Below the pieces are notes generated by a model. It was not told the DNA's origin. It did no database searches and was given only the letters and a program-made list of their open reading frames with translations. 64,000 nt of DNA from a virus (lineage: Duplodnaviria; Caudoviricetes): IMG/VR virus record IMGVR_UViG_3300032213_000542, positions 1,966 through 65,965 of that record. One strand, given 5' to 3'. This document shows, in pieces, positions 17,501 to 26,740 of the stretch (positions are counted from its first letter, which is position 1; every line of letters starts with the position of its first letter). Made by a program: the position numbers and the translations under genes.

Positions 17501-20500
17501 AACGGGCCGACAACATTGCGGCATTGCAGGCAGCAGGCAAGGCACTCCCCACGCTTAAAAACAAACTGGCCAAAGCCGAAGAAAAATACAAGCGCACGCA
17601 AAAACGGGCGCAGGCTGCTGGCACTGAAGCGTCTGCTTATGTAACAGAGTACAAGACGGCGCTCGAAGACGCGCAGGATTTGGTTGTTGTCTTGCGTGAC
17701 GAACTGGTGCTTTTGGAAAACCAACTCAAAGACGTTGAGTTGACAAAAGAAGTGTTGGCCAACGAGCCGACAGACATGCGTTTCTTGATCAACGCACCAA
17801 CAATGTTGGCCACAGAAAAGCCCCTACGCAACAGCATTAAGCTGATGGAGTTTGAGATTGCCAACGCTCAAAACCTTGTTGCATCCATTGAAGCCAGCTA
17901 CCAAGCACAACAAACGCTGGTAGTTCCTGCCCAAAAGCGTGCGGAAAAAACTGCCAAAGAGCTGGAAGAGGCGCAAGCGGAATTGTCAACGGCTAAGAAC
18001 GAAGCCAACGCCGCTGCCAAACGCGCCGAGCGTTTGGAGCAAGCCGACAAAGAAGCCAAGGCAAAAGCAGAAGCCGACATTGGTACGCCTAAAGAAGTTT
18101 TTAAAGCCTCGGCTCAAGCTGGCCGTGAAGGACTGAACCTGCCCGGCATCCGTCTGGAAAAAGACACAACGCGCATGAAGGAGACCATTGCCAACATGCG
18201 TCGCGCTATGGGTTCGCTAGACGAACAAATTGCCAACGAAAAAGACGAGACCAAACTGGCTGATTTCAAAGCCCAACGCGCAGAGTACGAGCGCAAGTTG
18301 GAAACCGTCTACGCGGATGCCCCGTCCGTCAAAACGGTGTTGCAGTCAAAGGCTTCCGAAAAAGCAGAGCAAGAGTACGAAGACGCGCAGAAGGCTGGCT
18401 TTGACCAAATGATGGCCAAGCGCCGCAAACGTGCTGGTGAAAAAGCGCCTCGCTTGGAAAAAATTGAGCAGGTGCCGGTCTATCGCTCCGCTAAAACTAC
18501 GCGCATCGTGCAGCCATACCGCACTGCTCGGATTGCAGAAACAGCTTCGGCCATTACCGACAGGCTCATCACAGCGCGTAGTGACTTGACGGAAGTAAAC
18601 CGTCGCATAGATTTCTTACGCGCCAACGGCAAAGACAAGGTTAAGAACCGTTTGACCGACACGTTTAAAAAGCTGCAAGAGGAGCAGACCAAGCTCAAAG
18701 AACGTATTGATTCTTTGGACACTCGCCAAAAACGAATTATTGCCCTTGAAAGCAAAGCCGAGTACGAGACCCCCCGCGCCAAAGAACTGCGTGAAGCACG
18801 GGAAGTGCAAGCAGAAAACGATCAGTTCAAGATGCGTGAGGCCAGCGAAGAATTCAACGCCCCCTCGTTAACCTTCGTGAAGAAAGACATTGCTGAAGCT
18901 GTGCGTGATGGCCGCATCTTGGATGCGCTTGATGGCATTGCCGAGACAGGCTCGACAGAGTTTGTTCGTAACTTGGCAGAGCGCCTGCGCCCGTTGTTGA
19001 TGCGTACAAAGCTGCGTACCGAGCCGGGCTTTATGGTGGGCGGCAAGCAAGCCACTGGCGTGTACATGCCGAAGACAAACGAAATTGTCATCGACGACAA
19101 CTACATCACGCAAGAAAACTTGATGCACGAGTTTGTGCACGCCGCGACTGACCGCGTACTGAACACGCCTGATGCTGACCTTACTCCTAGCCAGCGCAAA
19201 GCTAAGGCAGAGCTAAACGCATTGTTTGACCAAGTTAAAAACAACCCTGCGCTGGTCAAAGAGTACGGCTTGACGGACATCGACGAGTTTGCTTCTGAAG
19301 CTATGTCGAACGAAGTGTTCCAGAAAAAACTTGAGCAAATTAAGACTGAAGGTAAGTCCGGCTGGCAGCGCTTTAAAGAAGCAGTCATGCGTTTGTTCGG
19401 CGTGGACATTAGAAGCAATGCCTTTAAAGACGCCCAAGAAGCAATTGATCAGATTTTTATGCCATCCCGTAAGGCTGCTGGCACAGCTAAACCAGCCTTG
19501 TTCCGTCAAGAAGCAAAGGCTGCTGGCTTTGAGGACGAGCTGAATACGGCGGCTGACATGATTGCGTCGCCCAAGACCGTGCGCGAAAAGGTTGAGGCCA
19601 ACCTCGGCTTGGCGTTCCGTACGCAAGTGCTGGACCGTTTGGCCCCCTTGGAAAAAGTAGCGAACGAACAGATGGACGCGTTCAAGGGTATGCAGATGAT
19701 GTACTACCTGCGTATGGCTGACCAGAAGATGTCGTTTGTGCAGCAGTCTGTTGGCCGTGGTGTTCCTCAGTTGGTTGAGAAGCAACGCGCTGACGGCAAA
19801 GTCGAGCGCCTCATTGAAAGCCAGAACGGACCAAACTTGGTTAACGTGGTGAACACCCTAAAAGAAGCGCCGGGCATGAACGCCCAAGCTGCGAACCAGT
19901 TGTTTACCCTGTACTTGGCGGCTAAGCGTGCTGACCGTGTTGGCTACGATGTGCTGAACTTTGGTCAGTCCGAGGCCAAGATCAAGTCTGCTGTGTCCAA
20001 GATTGAGTCGAACGAAGAACTACGCAACGTGTTTGAAAAAGCACGCGAGCAGTACAACGACTACAACCGAGACTTAGTTAAGTTCTTGGAAGACACCGGC
20101 TCCATCACACCAGAAGAAGCCGCACGCTTGGCTAAGACCAACGACTACATCCCATACTACCGCGAACAAAACGGCAACGCCGTGCTGGTGATTGGCGGTG
20201 AGGGCACGTTCAAGGTCGGCAACCTGACTGACCAGCCACAGTTGCGCCAGCTTATTGGCGGCAACGAAAAGATTTTGGATTTCTTAACATCGAGCGTTCA
20301 GAACACATCCATGATCATGGACATGGGGCTACGTAACCAAGCAGCCAAGAACGCGATGTTTGAGTTAGCTAACTTGGATATGGCGCAGTTCCTTGGTGGT
20401 TCGCCATCCGGCCCCGACATCGTGCGCTTTAAGGACAAGGGCGTCGAGAAGTTTGTGCGTATCGACACCTCTGCTGCGGGCATCCCTGCCGATCTTTTGG

Positions 20501-22026
20501 TCAAGGGTATGGAAGGCATCCCTGTCAACAACTCCGCGATCGTCAAGGTCATGGGCGGGTTTGCTACGTTGCTGCGTCGCTCAATCACGGTCAGCCCGTT
20601 GTACTCTGCACGCCAAGTCTTCCGTGACTCGGTTGCTGCTCCTCTGTTGTCAGGTGCAAACTTTACCCCTGTGGTTGGAGCGCTCAAGCAGATCGGCAAC
20701 TCCGCCACACGCGAGAAGTTGGAAGCCCGAGGCATTGTTGGCGGTCAGATTTTGACTGGCACAAACGAAGACTTGACCCGCATTTTGGGCGAGCTGCAAT
20801 CCGGCAAGATGGGTGTTGGCCAGTTCATTGCCAAGGCTGAAGCCCTAGCGATGGAAGCCGATGCGCTTACCCGCCGCGCTCAGTACGACTCGTACATCGA
20901 GCAGGGCTTGTCGGAGATGGAAGCCACCCTGATGTCGTTGGAGTCTATGAACTTTAACCGCAAGGGCCTTTCACCATCGGCACGGTTTGCGACTACCGTC
21001 ATCCCGTTCTTCAACGCACAGTTGCAGAGTTTGGACGTTTTGTACCGCTCCATGACAGGCAAGATGCCGATGAGCGAGCGTCTGGACATCCAAGGCAAAC
21101 TGCTGCGCCGTGGCTCGTTGCTGGCCGGTACCGCCGTGGCTTACGCTTTGATGATGCAGGACGACGAGACCTACAAGAACGCCAACCCTGACGAGAAGTA
21201 CAACAACTTCTTCGTGCATGTGCCCGGCATCAAGGAAGCCGTCCGTGTACCGATTCCATTTGAAATTGGTTACATCTTCAAGAGCTTGCCTGAAGCCATC
21301 GTCAATACGATGAACAGCGAGAAGGGCAGCGAAGAAGCGTACAAGGCGTTCAAGAACATCGCCATCCAGACTGTGCCCGGCGGCACATCCTTGTTCTTGC
21401 CTGCGGCGGTCAAGCCAATCGTGGAAGGCGTCACCAACTACTCGTTCTTTACGGGCCGTTCGTTGGAGACCAAGCGCGAGCAAATGCAGCAAGCTGAGTA
21501 CCGCTACCGCGACAACACGTCGGAGCTTGCCAAGCAAGTTGGCGCAATGACAGGCACATCGCCCATCAAGATCGAAAACTTGATCCGAGGCTATACCGGC
21601 GGCATGGGCGTTGCGCTGGTGCAGTCGTTTAACTTTGCGATGCCGACCAATGGCACGCCAGAGCAAGCCGCAAAACGTCTGTCAGATGCAGCAGTGATTG
21701 GCCCGTTGTTCCAACCAGCAGACGCTGGCGGTATTGTTGGTGCTGTCTACGATCGCGTTTCAACTATTACTGAGACCAAGCGCACCTACGACAACTTGCT
21801 CAAATCTGGTCAACGTGCCGAGGCGATGGAGTTCTTGCAACGCAATATGGATGACTACGCTAAGTCCGCCATCGCTGGCAATGTGCAGCAGCAGTTGGGC
21901 AAGGTCACCCAAGCCATCAATGCGGTCAAAGCATCCAGCATGTCTCCTGAAGATAAGCGCGAAAGCCTTGACCGTTTACAGCAGTTGCGAATCAACCTTG
22001 CATCTAGTGTGCGCGGGGTACTCTAA
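14503..22026 (+). CDS. Large polyvalent internal virion protein (zincin-like HExxH plus C-terminal LPD38-like region)
   Basis: 2507 aa; long coiled coils; 'LMHEFVHA' at ~19120-19143; C-terminal 'IPFFNAQLQSLD...VPIPFEIGYIFK..PE' LPD38-like. Confidence 0.75.
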   Translation: MAIYSVQGPDGRIYDVEGPEGAAEADVIAAVQRQLAVVEKPKPKTEEPTFGGQVKEFAKGIIPGAIGMGQTALTGISALLPEETEKSARQYIDRGAAALKAPFAAAPGYEETVGRKFGESVGSIGPLIAMGPLGAAGRVGMTALAGGAGAGEARLGAEQEGATAEQRATATGLGIIPGLAEVFAPMRILSRLSAPIQAGITNRIQRALVAGGEEAAQEAASQIAQNLIAKGVYKPDKAIIDQVGESAAYGGATGALVQGILDMAIGRRAKSTTQPQGRPAEQKLQTPVPAPETAPIAEPTVRGEEPALETPEEIAAGPTKAAQRKALAEQNAYLKQYEKLQKQREEQAAEYERIKALTPEEYALEQMQGRGKTVKNKYDPAVQEALNAQLAELGYQNAPAETVKPEVEYAAAQMALVKDRELQPNLNTYADYLLADPQAAAKLVANKTLIPGLPESQSYAVLNIMSKRLQKAAQDEAAQTQQRQTAAQDRARGLFEQQGQDQTSDLLAGAREQVGNAVVRPEIQALQRIGARPNPLLTTNRDIEAKRAEEELIGKLVDTLPQTNGRITPGDVYLGLGTKKQDMRDLQAQLAVARLTGNKTLQAEIKRQLDAQRAIPTEGGLGTEAGKYAAEFISRSKVPALREGEAEGDKFAAEQRSTLLGMARLLNSTQIMLPGKRAALLSEAKEKYVAQHAAEIEARRKAFDLPPMADWERAEARARALEGLNTLTNNWGTFEDPVISVKALQNITRESVYQNLYKATQRRADTEKQDLAEKTGTPAQKYFYEDAEGNRIEGKEMEVPRQTGARVAAPDELSLKNRPNIAATDADAAQQFIEQVLSQIETKGRSRVEPTIEKAPPKQVSDMASLAQLFKKAETGGRTAEIDAATIALLENLRGQLRTNTDPEFVSLARETAQKVAEGNLPNAFDVRDLGEMMKAHEIAGRSETRPGATPEELQRTSAQPQKDLFPEAAVQIQRANPANFQKMLDSKNIQGMRDALAKQRADNIAALQAAGKALPTLKNKLAKAEEKYKRTQKRAQAAGTEASAYVTEYKTALEDAQDLVVVLRDELVLLENQLKDVELTKEVLANEPTDMRFLINAPTMLATEKPLRNSIKLMEFEIANAQNLVASIEASYQAQQTLVVPAQKRAEKTAKELEEAQAELSTAKNEANAAAKRAERLEQADKEAKAKAEADIGTPKEVFKASAQAGREGLNLPGIRLEKDTTRMKETIANMRRAMGSLDEQIANEKDETKLADFKAQRAEYERKLETVYADAPSVKTVLQSKASEKAEQEYEDAQKAGFDQMMAKRRKRAGEKAPRLEKIEQVPVYRSAKTTRIVQPYRTARIAETASAITDRLITARSDLTEVNRRIDFLRANGKDKVKNRLTDTFKKLQEEQTKLKERIDSLDTRQKRIIALESKAEYETPRAKELREAREVQAENDQFKMREASEEFNAPSLTFVKKDIAEAVRDGRILDALDGIAETGSTEFVRNLAERLRPLLMRTKLRTEPGFMVGGKQATGVYMPKTNEIVIDDNYITQENLMHEFVHAATDRVLNTPDADLTPSQRKAKAELNALFDQVKNNPALVKEYGLTDIDEFASEAMSNEVFQKKLEQIKTEGKSGWQRFKEAVMRLFGVDIRSNAFKDAQEAIDQIFMPSRKAAGTAKPALFRQEAKAAGFEDELNTAADMIASPKTVREKVEANLGLAFRTQVLDRLAPLEKVANEQMDAFKGMQMMYYLRMADQKMSFVQQSVGRGVPQLVEKQRADGKVERLIESQNGPNLVNVVNTLKEAPGMNAQAANQLFTLYLAAKRADRVGYDVLNFGQSEAKIKSAVSKIESNEELRNVFEKAREQYNDYNRDLVKFLEDTGSITPEEAARLAKTNDYIPYYREQNGNAVLVIGGEGTFKVGNLTDQPQLRQLIGGNEKILDFLTSSVQNTSMIMDMGLRNQAAKNAMFELANLDMAQFLGGSPSGPDIVRFKDKGVEKFVRIDTSAAGIPADLLVKGMEGIPVNNSAIVKVMGGFATLLRRSITVSPLYSARQVFRDSVAAPLLSGANFTPVVGALKQIGNSATREKLEARGIVGGQILTGTNEDLTRILGELQSGKMGVGQFIAKAEALAMEADALTRRAQYDSYIEQGLSEMEATLMSLESMNFNRKGLSPSARFATTVIPFFNAQLQSLDVLYRSMTGKMPMSERLDIQGKLLRRGSLLAGTAVAYALMMQDDETYKNANPDEKYNNFFVHVPGIKEAVRVPIPFEIGYIFKSLPEAIVNTMNSEKGSEEAYKAFKNIAIQTVPGGTSLFLPAAVKPIVEGVTNYSFFTGRSLETKREQMQQAEYRYRDNTSELAKQVGAMTGTSPIKIENLIRGYTGGMGVALVQSFNFAMPTNGTPEQAAKRLSDAAVIGPLFQPADAGGIVGAVYDRVSTITETKRTYDNLLKSGQRAEAMEFLQRNMDDYAKSAIAGNVQQQLGKVTQAINAVKASSMSPEDKRESLDRLQQLRINLASSVRGVL

Positions 22027-22204
22027 AGAACCAGACCCCCATGAAGCCGTTGCGGATGCCGGGCGTAGCCCGAGCGTCCAGCAACCTTAGCTTGACGGCT
22101 TGTTTGAGTCCTTCTTCACGGACGGCAGCGGTATCTAGGCAGGGGATGAAAAACCCCTGCCCCTTCTCAGTCTGCTCCCAAGGATAGTGAATCGCGAGTT
22201 TCAT
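22004..22204 (-). CDS. Small hypothetical protein
   Basis: MKLAIHYPWEQTEKGQGFFIPC...GVWFFRV; last gene of the - strand operon, overlaps the primase end. Confidence 0.6.
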   Translation of the reverse strand: MKLAIHYPWEQTEKGQGFFIPCLDTAAVREEGLKQAVKLRLLDARATPGIRNGFMGVWFFRVPRAH

Positions 22205-25067
22205 CGTCCATGTCCGATATACGGCAGCTAATCTTGAGCACACTCACGCGCATCTGTGGGCCCTGCGTCCGCGCAGTCATGTTCTTTTTAGCCACATGCG
22301 ACACGGTAAACACGGCGGCGAGCTGGCGCTTGAAGTCAGCATACCCGAAACTCATTGAAGAACAATACGCTTTGAGCAACGCTTCCTCAATAAAGAAGTC
22401 AACGTGGTCAGGCGTAAAGCCGTGCTCCACACGCCCCATGATCTGAGAACGCGTTGTGGACTTGTCCACCTCACCGCCTCGGCCAAGCTCGGCCAGCACC
22501 GTACCAGCAGTCTCCCGCACCACGATGAAGTGGCCGTAGTGTTCGCGTGTAAAGGCGTTCAGGACATCTTCCGCACCACGGGCGCTGGCCTTGATGTTGC
22601 CGCGCATAGCCGTGACCACACGCTTGAAGCAAGCCAGAATCTGCTTCATGGGCAGCGTGACGATGCCAGCCTTGTTGAAGATCACGCCAGCGTAGACGAT
22701 AGCGCCAATACCTGCCATCCAGAAACGCTCGTCGTTGGTGGCACCGAACTCTTTGTACATCTGGGCAACAGCATCGGGCACAGCAGTCTTGAGTTCGCCC
22801 ACGTTGTCAACCATGTACTGCGCCATCATGTGGCCAGCTACCGCGTAGTTGTGCTGCAAGGACTTGATGATCTCAATCTCGTGCGGTTCCCATTCACAGG
22901 TCTTGGTCAGGATGAATTCCAGCAAGCGGCGCAGCTCGCCCTCGGATGAGTGCTTGCGCCCACCAGTCAGGCCATCGACTACGTGCGTGTTGGAAGACAT
23001 GATCGCGCAGGTCATCCATGTGGACAGGTTGATACGCTCCTTGTTGGCACCGGACTCCATACGCTCCTTGCCACGACCCTCGGTCATGTCCAGCAGGAAC
23101 TCAGGCAACCACTCAAAGTTAGCGCGGTTCTTGCTGGTCAGCTCGTCCGTGATCAGGGGGTGGCTGTTGAGCAGGCCAAGGCGTTGCTGCATAGCAACAG
23201 GTGATGTGCTCTTGCCCGTGCGGTAGTGAACAGGGTGGCCCCACACAGATGCGGCGGCTTCCAAGGCTAGGGATTTACCCGTACCTGACTCGGTTGAACC
23301 GCAGTGGTAGGTCATGCCGTAGATGCCAGTGAAGCGCATGAGCGGAGCCGAAGCGCCAGCCAGCATGATGGCCAAGTGCTCAAACATTTCCTTCTTGACG
23401 AGGAGTTGCATGAACGAGCGCCATGCTTCGATGGTGCCTGTTGGCTTGGTGTTGGCTACGATGTTCTCAAGGCCGGGCATGGGTACGGTGACTGGGGGTT
23501 TACCCGCAGAGAAAATCTTGCCTGCAAACACGTAGGTGTCGTCGTGCTGCCAGCCATAGTTCGATGGGACTTTAACGGGAGCCCGCCCTGTACTTGCTTG
23601 TTCCACTGATGCTCTCACATAATCAAATAAGTTTTTGTCGTTGCCAGAGCCGTAGGCGGCTATGACGTTTTGGTTGGCCAGCGCCTTGACGGTTTCGTCT
23701 TTGCTGACGATGGCCTTTTGGGACATGGTGATCGTCTCCGCGCCTTCAGGCCGGATGCTCAACATGTGTACGGTGTGTTCACCGTTGTGCTTCAGGATGT
23801 CCACCACGAACAGGTCGTGGGGCAGGAGCATGATCTGGCGCTTGGTCTTGTTGCCTTCGCTGTCCTCGTCTTCCTTCTCCATGAAGATGCCACCACGCGC
23901 ACCGTAGGCGTAGCCCTTGGGCGGTGTTGGGCGCAGTACTTTGAACACGTCTTCCTTGATCGTCTCTGACTCGGAAGGCATGTGGACTTCGATCTCTTTG
24001 GCTTCGGTCTCGACCATGACCTCGCGACCCAAGGCGAGTGGGTTGGTGATCTTGCCAAAATGTGGACACCCGTCACAAAGGCCGGGGTTCTCGCTATCGA
24101 ACTTCACGCACGCATAGGGGCCCTTGATCTCGGCCAGCTTCTGGTGCATACGGGATTGGGGGTAGGGGTGCAGATCGCTCAGCCAGATGGCTGCTTTCAT
24201 GCCATCCGAGCAGGGCTTGGCGATACTCAGCCACGCACGCCACAGGGGTTCCATCCCGTCATCGCTTGCGTTTTCAACGTAGTGGCGCAGTTGGGCGCAT
24301 CCGTTGCCAGCCTTGGTCGCTTGGAAGATTTTCTTGAACGACGTGGTGCTGTTCTCCATGAGCTTCACACCAGTAGCGGTTGCAGGCGCGTTGGATGGGC
24401 GCTGGCCGGGCAAGCTCAATGCTGTCGATGCCGGTGCTGCCACGGGCGCAATAGTCTTGAGCAGGCTCACCACATGAGCCTTCAGTGTCTCGAAGTCGAA
24501 CGTGTCGCCCTCGATGAGCAACGTCACGGGGCGTGGCTCTGGGTACTTGGGTTTGAAGTTGAATGTGTCAGGGATGCGTAAGACTCGGGCAGAGTCGGCA
24601 GTCACCGTCATGTCGATCGTCAGCTTCTGTTGTTTGCACAGGCGCTTGAAGTTCTCAGCCAGCGGCTTCCACTCCTCGATCTCGATGTCTTGGGTGAATG
24701 GCCAGTAGCAGTGCAGCCCACCGCCTGAACCCACGATGTAGGGTGAGCCGAGCAAGTCCAGCCCAGTCTCGGCAAGGAACGCTTTGAGCGCGAACGCTGC
24801 CTTCTTCTTGGATTCATAGCCGTCCATGTCAATGAACAGCGAGCGCACGTACAGGGCGTTCTCTGCCTTGCGCTTGCCCTTGTCGTCGAATGTTGCCAGT
24901 GCGAAATATGCGTCAGTCTTTTGCTCGACCCAAGTGTCAACCTTGGGGTATATGTCCTCCAAATTTTCTACGAACAGGTGTTCTTTTTTCTTCGTCAGCT
25001 CTGCCGCGCAGTACGCCCCGTGACCCGGAGACGGCAAAACCACCGCTAGGAATTCAAGCGGATTCAT
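22167..25067 (-). CDS. Primase-helicase (N-terminal primase domain, DUF927-like/SF3-type C-terminus)
   Basis: 'SLFIDMD' and 'GSGGGLHCYW' primase motifs; Cys cluster; Walker A 'ESGTGKS', Walker B 'LITDE'. Confidence 0.85.
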   Translation of the reverse strand: MNPLEFLAVVLPSPGHGAYCAAELTKKKEHLFVENLEDIYPKVDTWVEQKTDAYFALATFDDKGKRKAENALYVRSLFIDMDGYESKKKAAFALKAFLAETGLDLLGSPYIVGSGGGLHCYWPFTQDIEIEEWKPLAENFKRLCKQQKLTIDMTVTADSARVLRIPDTFNFKPKYPEPRPVTLLIEGDTFDFETLKAHVVSLLKTIAPVAAPASTALSLPGQRPSNAPATATGVKLMENSTTSFKKIFQATKAGNGCAQLRHYVENASDDGMEPLWRAWLSIAKPCSDGMKAAIWLSDLHPYPQSRMHQKLAEIKGPYACVKFDSENPGLCDGCPHFGKITNPLALGREVMVETEAKEIEVHMPSESETIKEDVFKVLRPTPPKGYAYGARGGIFMEKEDEDSEGNKTKRQIMLLPHDLFVVDILKHNGEHTVHMLSIRPEGAETITMSQKAIVSKDETVKALANQNVIAAYGSGNDKNLFDYVRASVEQASTGRAPVKVPSNYGWQHDDTYVFAGKIFSAGKPPVTVPMPGLENIVANTKPTGTIEAWRSFMQLLVKKEMFEHLAIMLAGASAPLMRFTGIYGMTYHCGSTESGTGKSLALEAAASVWGHPVHYRTGKSTSPVAMQQRLGLLNSHPLITDELTSKNRANFEWLPEFLLDMTEGRGKERMESGANKERINLSTWMTCAIMSSNTHVVDGLTGGRKHSSEGELRRLLEFILTKTCEWEPHEIEIIKSLQHNYAVAGHMMAQYMVDNVGELKTAVPDAVAQMYKEFGATNDERFWMAGIGAIVYAGVIFNKAGIVTLPMKQILACFKRVVTAMRGNIKASARGAEDVLNAFTREHYGHFIVVRETAGTVLAELGRGGEVDKSTTRSQIMGRVEHGFTPDHVDFFIEEALLKAYCSSMSFGYADFKRQLAAVFTVSHVAKKNMTARTQGPQMRVSVLKISCRISDMDDETRDSLSLGAD

Positions 25068-25081
25068 GTGAGTCCTTGGTT

Positions 25082-25288
25082 TTATTTGGTGTCGAGGAAA
25101 AGGTCGAGCTGCTTGGGGTCAACAGACGGGAACTCATCAAGCGGTGCAAGTGCAGTGAAGCGGCGCAGCAGTTCAATCTGGTAGGCCGTGGGAAGTTCGT
25201 TCACTTCGTCCATGAGGCTGGCGCAATGGTTGATGAGTTCCGTGTTGCTCAAGGTGCGAGGTTGTATAACTTGCATATTTTTCTCCAT
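25082..25288 (-). CDS. Hypothetical protein
   Basis: 68 aa in the replication operon; 'QLDLF' near the C-terminus. Confidence 0.6.
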   Translation of the reverse strand: MEKNMQVIQPRTLSNTELINHCASLMDEVNELPTAYQIELLRRFTALAPLDEFPSVDPKQLDLFLDTK

Positions 25289-25527
25289 GCGTCATCCGCA
25301 CTGTGTGCGTGTTGTAATATTTTTAAAAGGGTTTCGGCACGGTCTTGGTACGCAGGGAAGATGTCCTTGCCCAAGAACCAGTTATAGACAGTCTGCCGTG
25401 TCACGCCCAACGCTTTGGATACGCGCACCACAGAGAAGTCATGGTAGATGCACCACCGTCCGAGCTGGTTGCCCAGCGTCTTCGGGGTGTCACCCACGTC
25501 GTTAATCATTTTTTGTGAATATGGCAT
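25249..25527 (-). CDS. Cro/XRE-like helix-turn-helix protein
   Basis: 'SVVRVSKALGVTRQTVYNWFLG' HTH pattern. Confidence 0.75.
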   Translation of the reverse strand: MPYSQKMINDVGDTPKTLGNQLGRWCIYHDFSVVRVSKALGVTRQTVYNWFLGKDIFPAYQDRAETLLKILQHAHSADDAWRKICKLYNLAP

Positions 25528-25535
25528 GGCTAGTA

Positions 25536-25551
25536 GGGGGCCGAAGCCCCC
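25536..25551 (-). other. GC hairpin with UUCG tetraloop, no U-tract
   Basis: GGGGGC-TTCG-GCCCCC on - strand after the SSB-like gene; identical 16-mer at 53950-53965 (+). Confidence 0.7.
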
Positions 25552-25559
25552 ATCCCTAC

Positions 25560-26528
25560 TTAGTCTTCGTCATCCCAGCCACCGACCACATCGGCCAACG
25601 ACTTCTTGCCGGGCACTGCGCTTGGCTTCTTCTCAGCCTTGCGAACTTCTGGCTCGGCTTCGTCATCGTCTTCAGCCACAGGTGCTGGCTTGGCCTTGGC
25701 TTTGGCCTTGGGTGCTGGCGCGGGGGCTTCGTCTTCTTCCTCTGGCTCAGGTGCTGGCGCTGCTTTGGCCTTGGGTGCTGCACCCTTCAGGGCGTCTGCT
25801 GGCTTGGCGTTGTCCACCGCACCGACTGACATCGTTACCGCCTTGGTAGCGTCATCGGTTTTGCCTTGCTCACCGGCTTGGGTGAACTCGTCATCGGTCA
25901 ACCAGCGCATCGCTTTGAAGTGAATCTTGGGAGCCTCGGCCTTGGTGTCGAACTTCATGCGGGTCACGACCATGCTTGGGTCAACTGACTGCGCGACCAA
26001 CCAACGAGCGTACGCTTGCAGTGGGCGGTTCTCGCCTTCTTCCTTACCGAAGATGGATGTTGCTGGCAAGGCCAGTTGCATCACGTCACCCTCGATGTTG
26101 TTGGCCAAGACCACAGCCAAGCGCTGTTGGTAACGGCAAGCGCGGCTCTGACCATTGCCTGAACCAGCGATGTTTTGTGGGCAGCTCTCGCATGTAGCCG
26201 ACTGCTTGTTGGCTGACTTGGCATCGGGCTTGTCACCATCGGGCGACCAGCAATCAGGTTGTGCTGCGGTTTCGCCATCGTACTTGGCTGCGTAGAAGAT
26301 GCGCGACACTTTGGGTGCGGCCTTCACGATCACCACGTCGAGGAAACGCTCGTCAATAGCGGCGACTTCTTTGCCAGCAGACATCAAACGAAACACGCCG
26401 CCCTTGATAGAGATGCGTTTGCCACCGCCTGCACCGCCACCGGCCAGAGCCTTAGCGATGTCAGACAGTTCGCCACTACGAGCGAAGGCGGGAAGTTGTG
26501 CGGGGTTGAATAAAGCTACGTTGCTCAT
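25560..26528 (-). CDS. Putative ssDNA-binding/annealing protein
   Basis: 322 aa; Cys motif (C..CxxC..C), Ala/Pro/Lys linker and acidic aromatic tail 'WDDED'; replication context. Confidence 0.5.
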   Translation of the reverse strand: MSNVALFNPAQLPAFARSGELSDIAKALAGGGAGGGKRISIKGGVFRLMSAGKEVAAIDERFLDVVIVKAAPKVSRIFYAAKYDGETAAQPDCWSPDGDKPDAKSANKQSATCESCPQNIAGSGNGQSRACRYQQRLAVVLANNIEGDVMQLALPATSIFGKEEGENRPLQAYARWLVAQSVDPSMVVTRMKFDTKAEAPKIHFKAMRWLTDDEFTQAGEQGKTDDATKAVTMSVGAVDNAKPADALKGAAPKAKAAPAPEPEEEDEAPAPAPKAKAKAKPAPVAEDDDEAEPEVRKAEKKPSAVPGKKSLADVVGGWDDED

Positions 26529-26737
26529 TTGTAATCTCCTGTGATGAAATTTAAAAATACAGTCGCAGTGCCTACGACTTGTTGAGGTTGGGACATGCCG
26601 CCGTTGTTCTTGTGGAACGTGATGGCAAACTCCAGTGCAGTTTGACGCTGCCAGTGGTTACTGGGCTCAGCCGCTGGTCCGGCGACGAGCGTGTCGTCAA
26701 TCTCTGACACGTCTGTGGTTTGTGGTTTCTTTGTCAT
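26525..26737 (-). CDS. Hypothetical protein
   Basis: 70 aa, ATGA-coupled. Confidence 0.6.
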   Translation of the reverse strand: MTKKPQTTDVSEIDDTLVAGPAAEPSNHWQRQTALEFAITFHKNNGGMSQPQQVVGTATVFLNFITGDYK

Positions 26738-26740
26738 TGC

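Noticed and set aside
23595-23640. AT-rich patch in the primase gene with a possible antisense promoter (TTGCTT-18-CATAAT)
   Set aside because: Weak consensus and partly explained by the D-K-N-L-F-D-Y codons; no independent support
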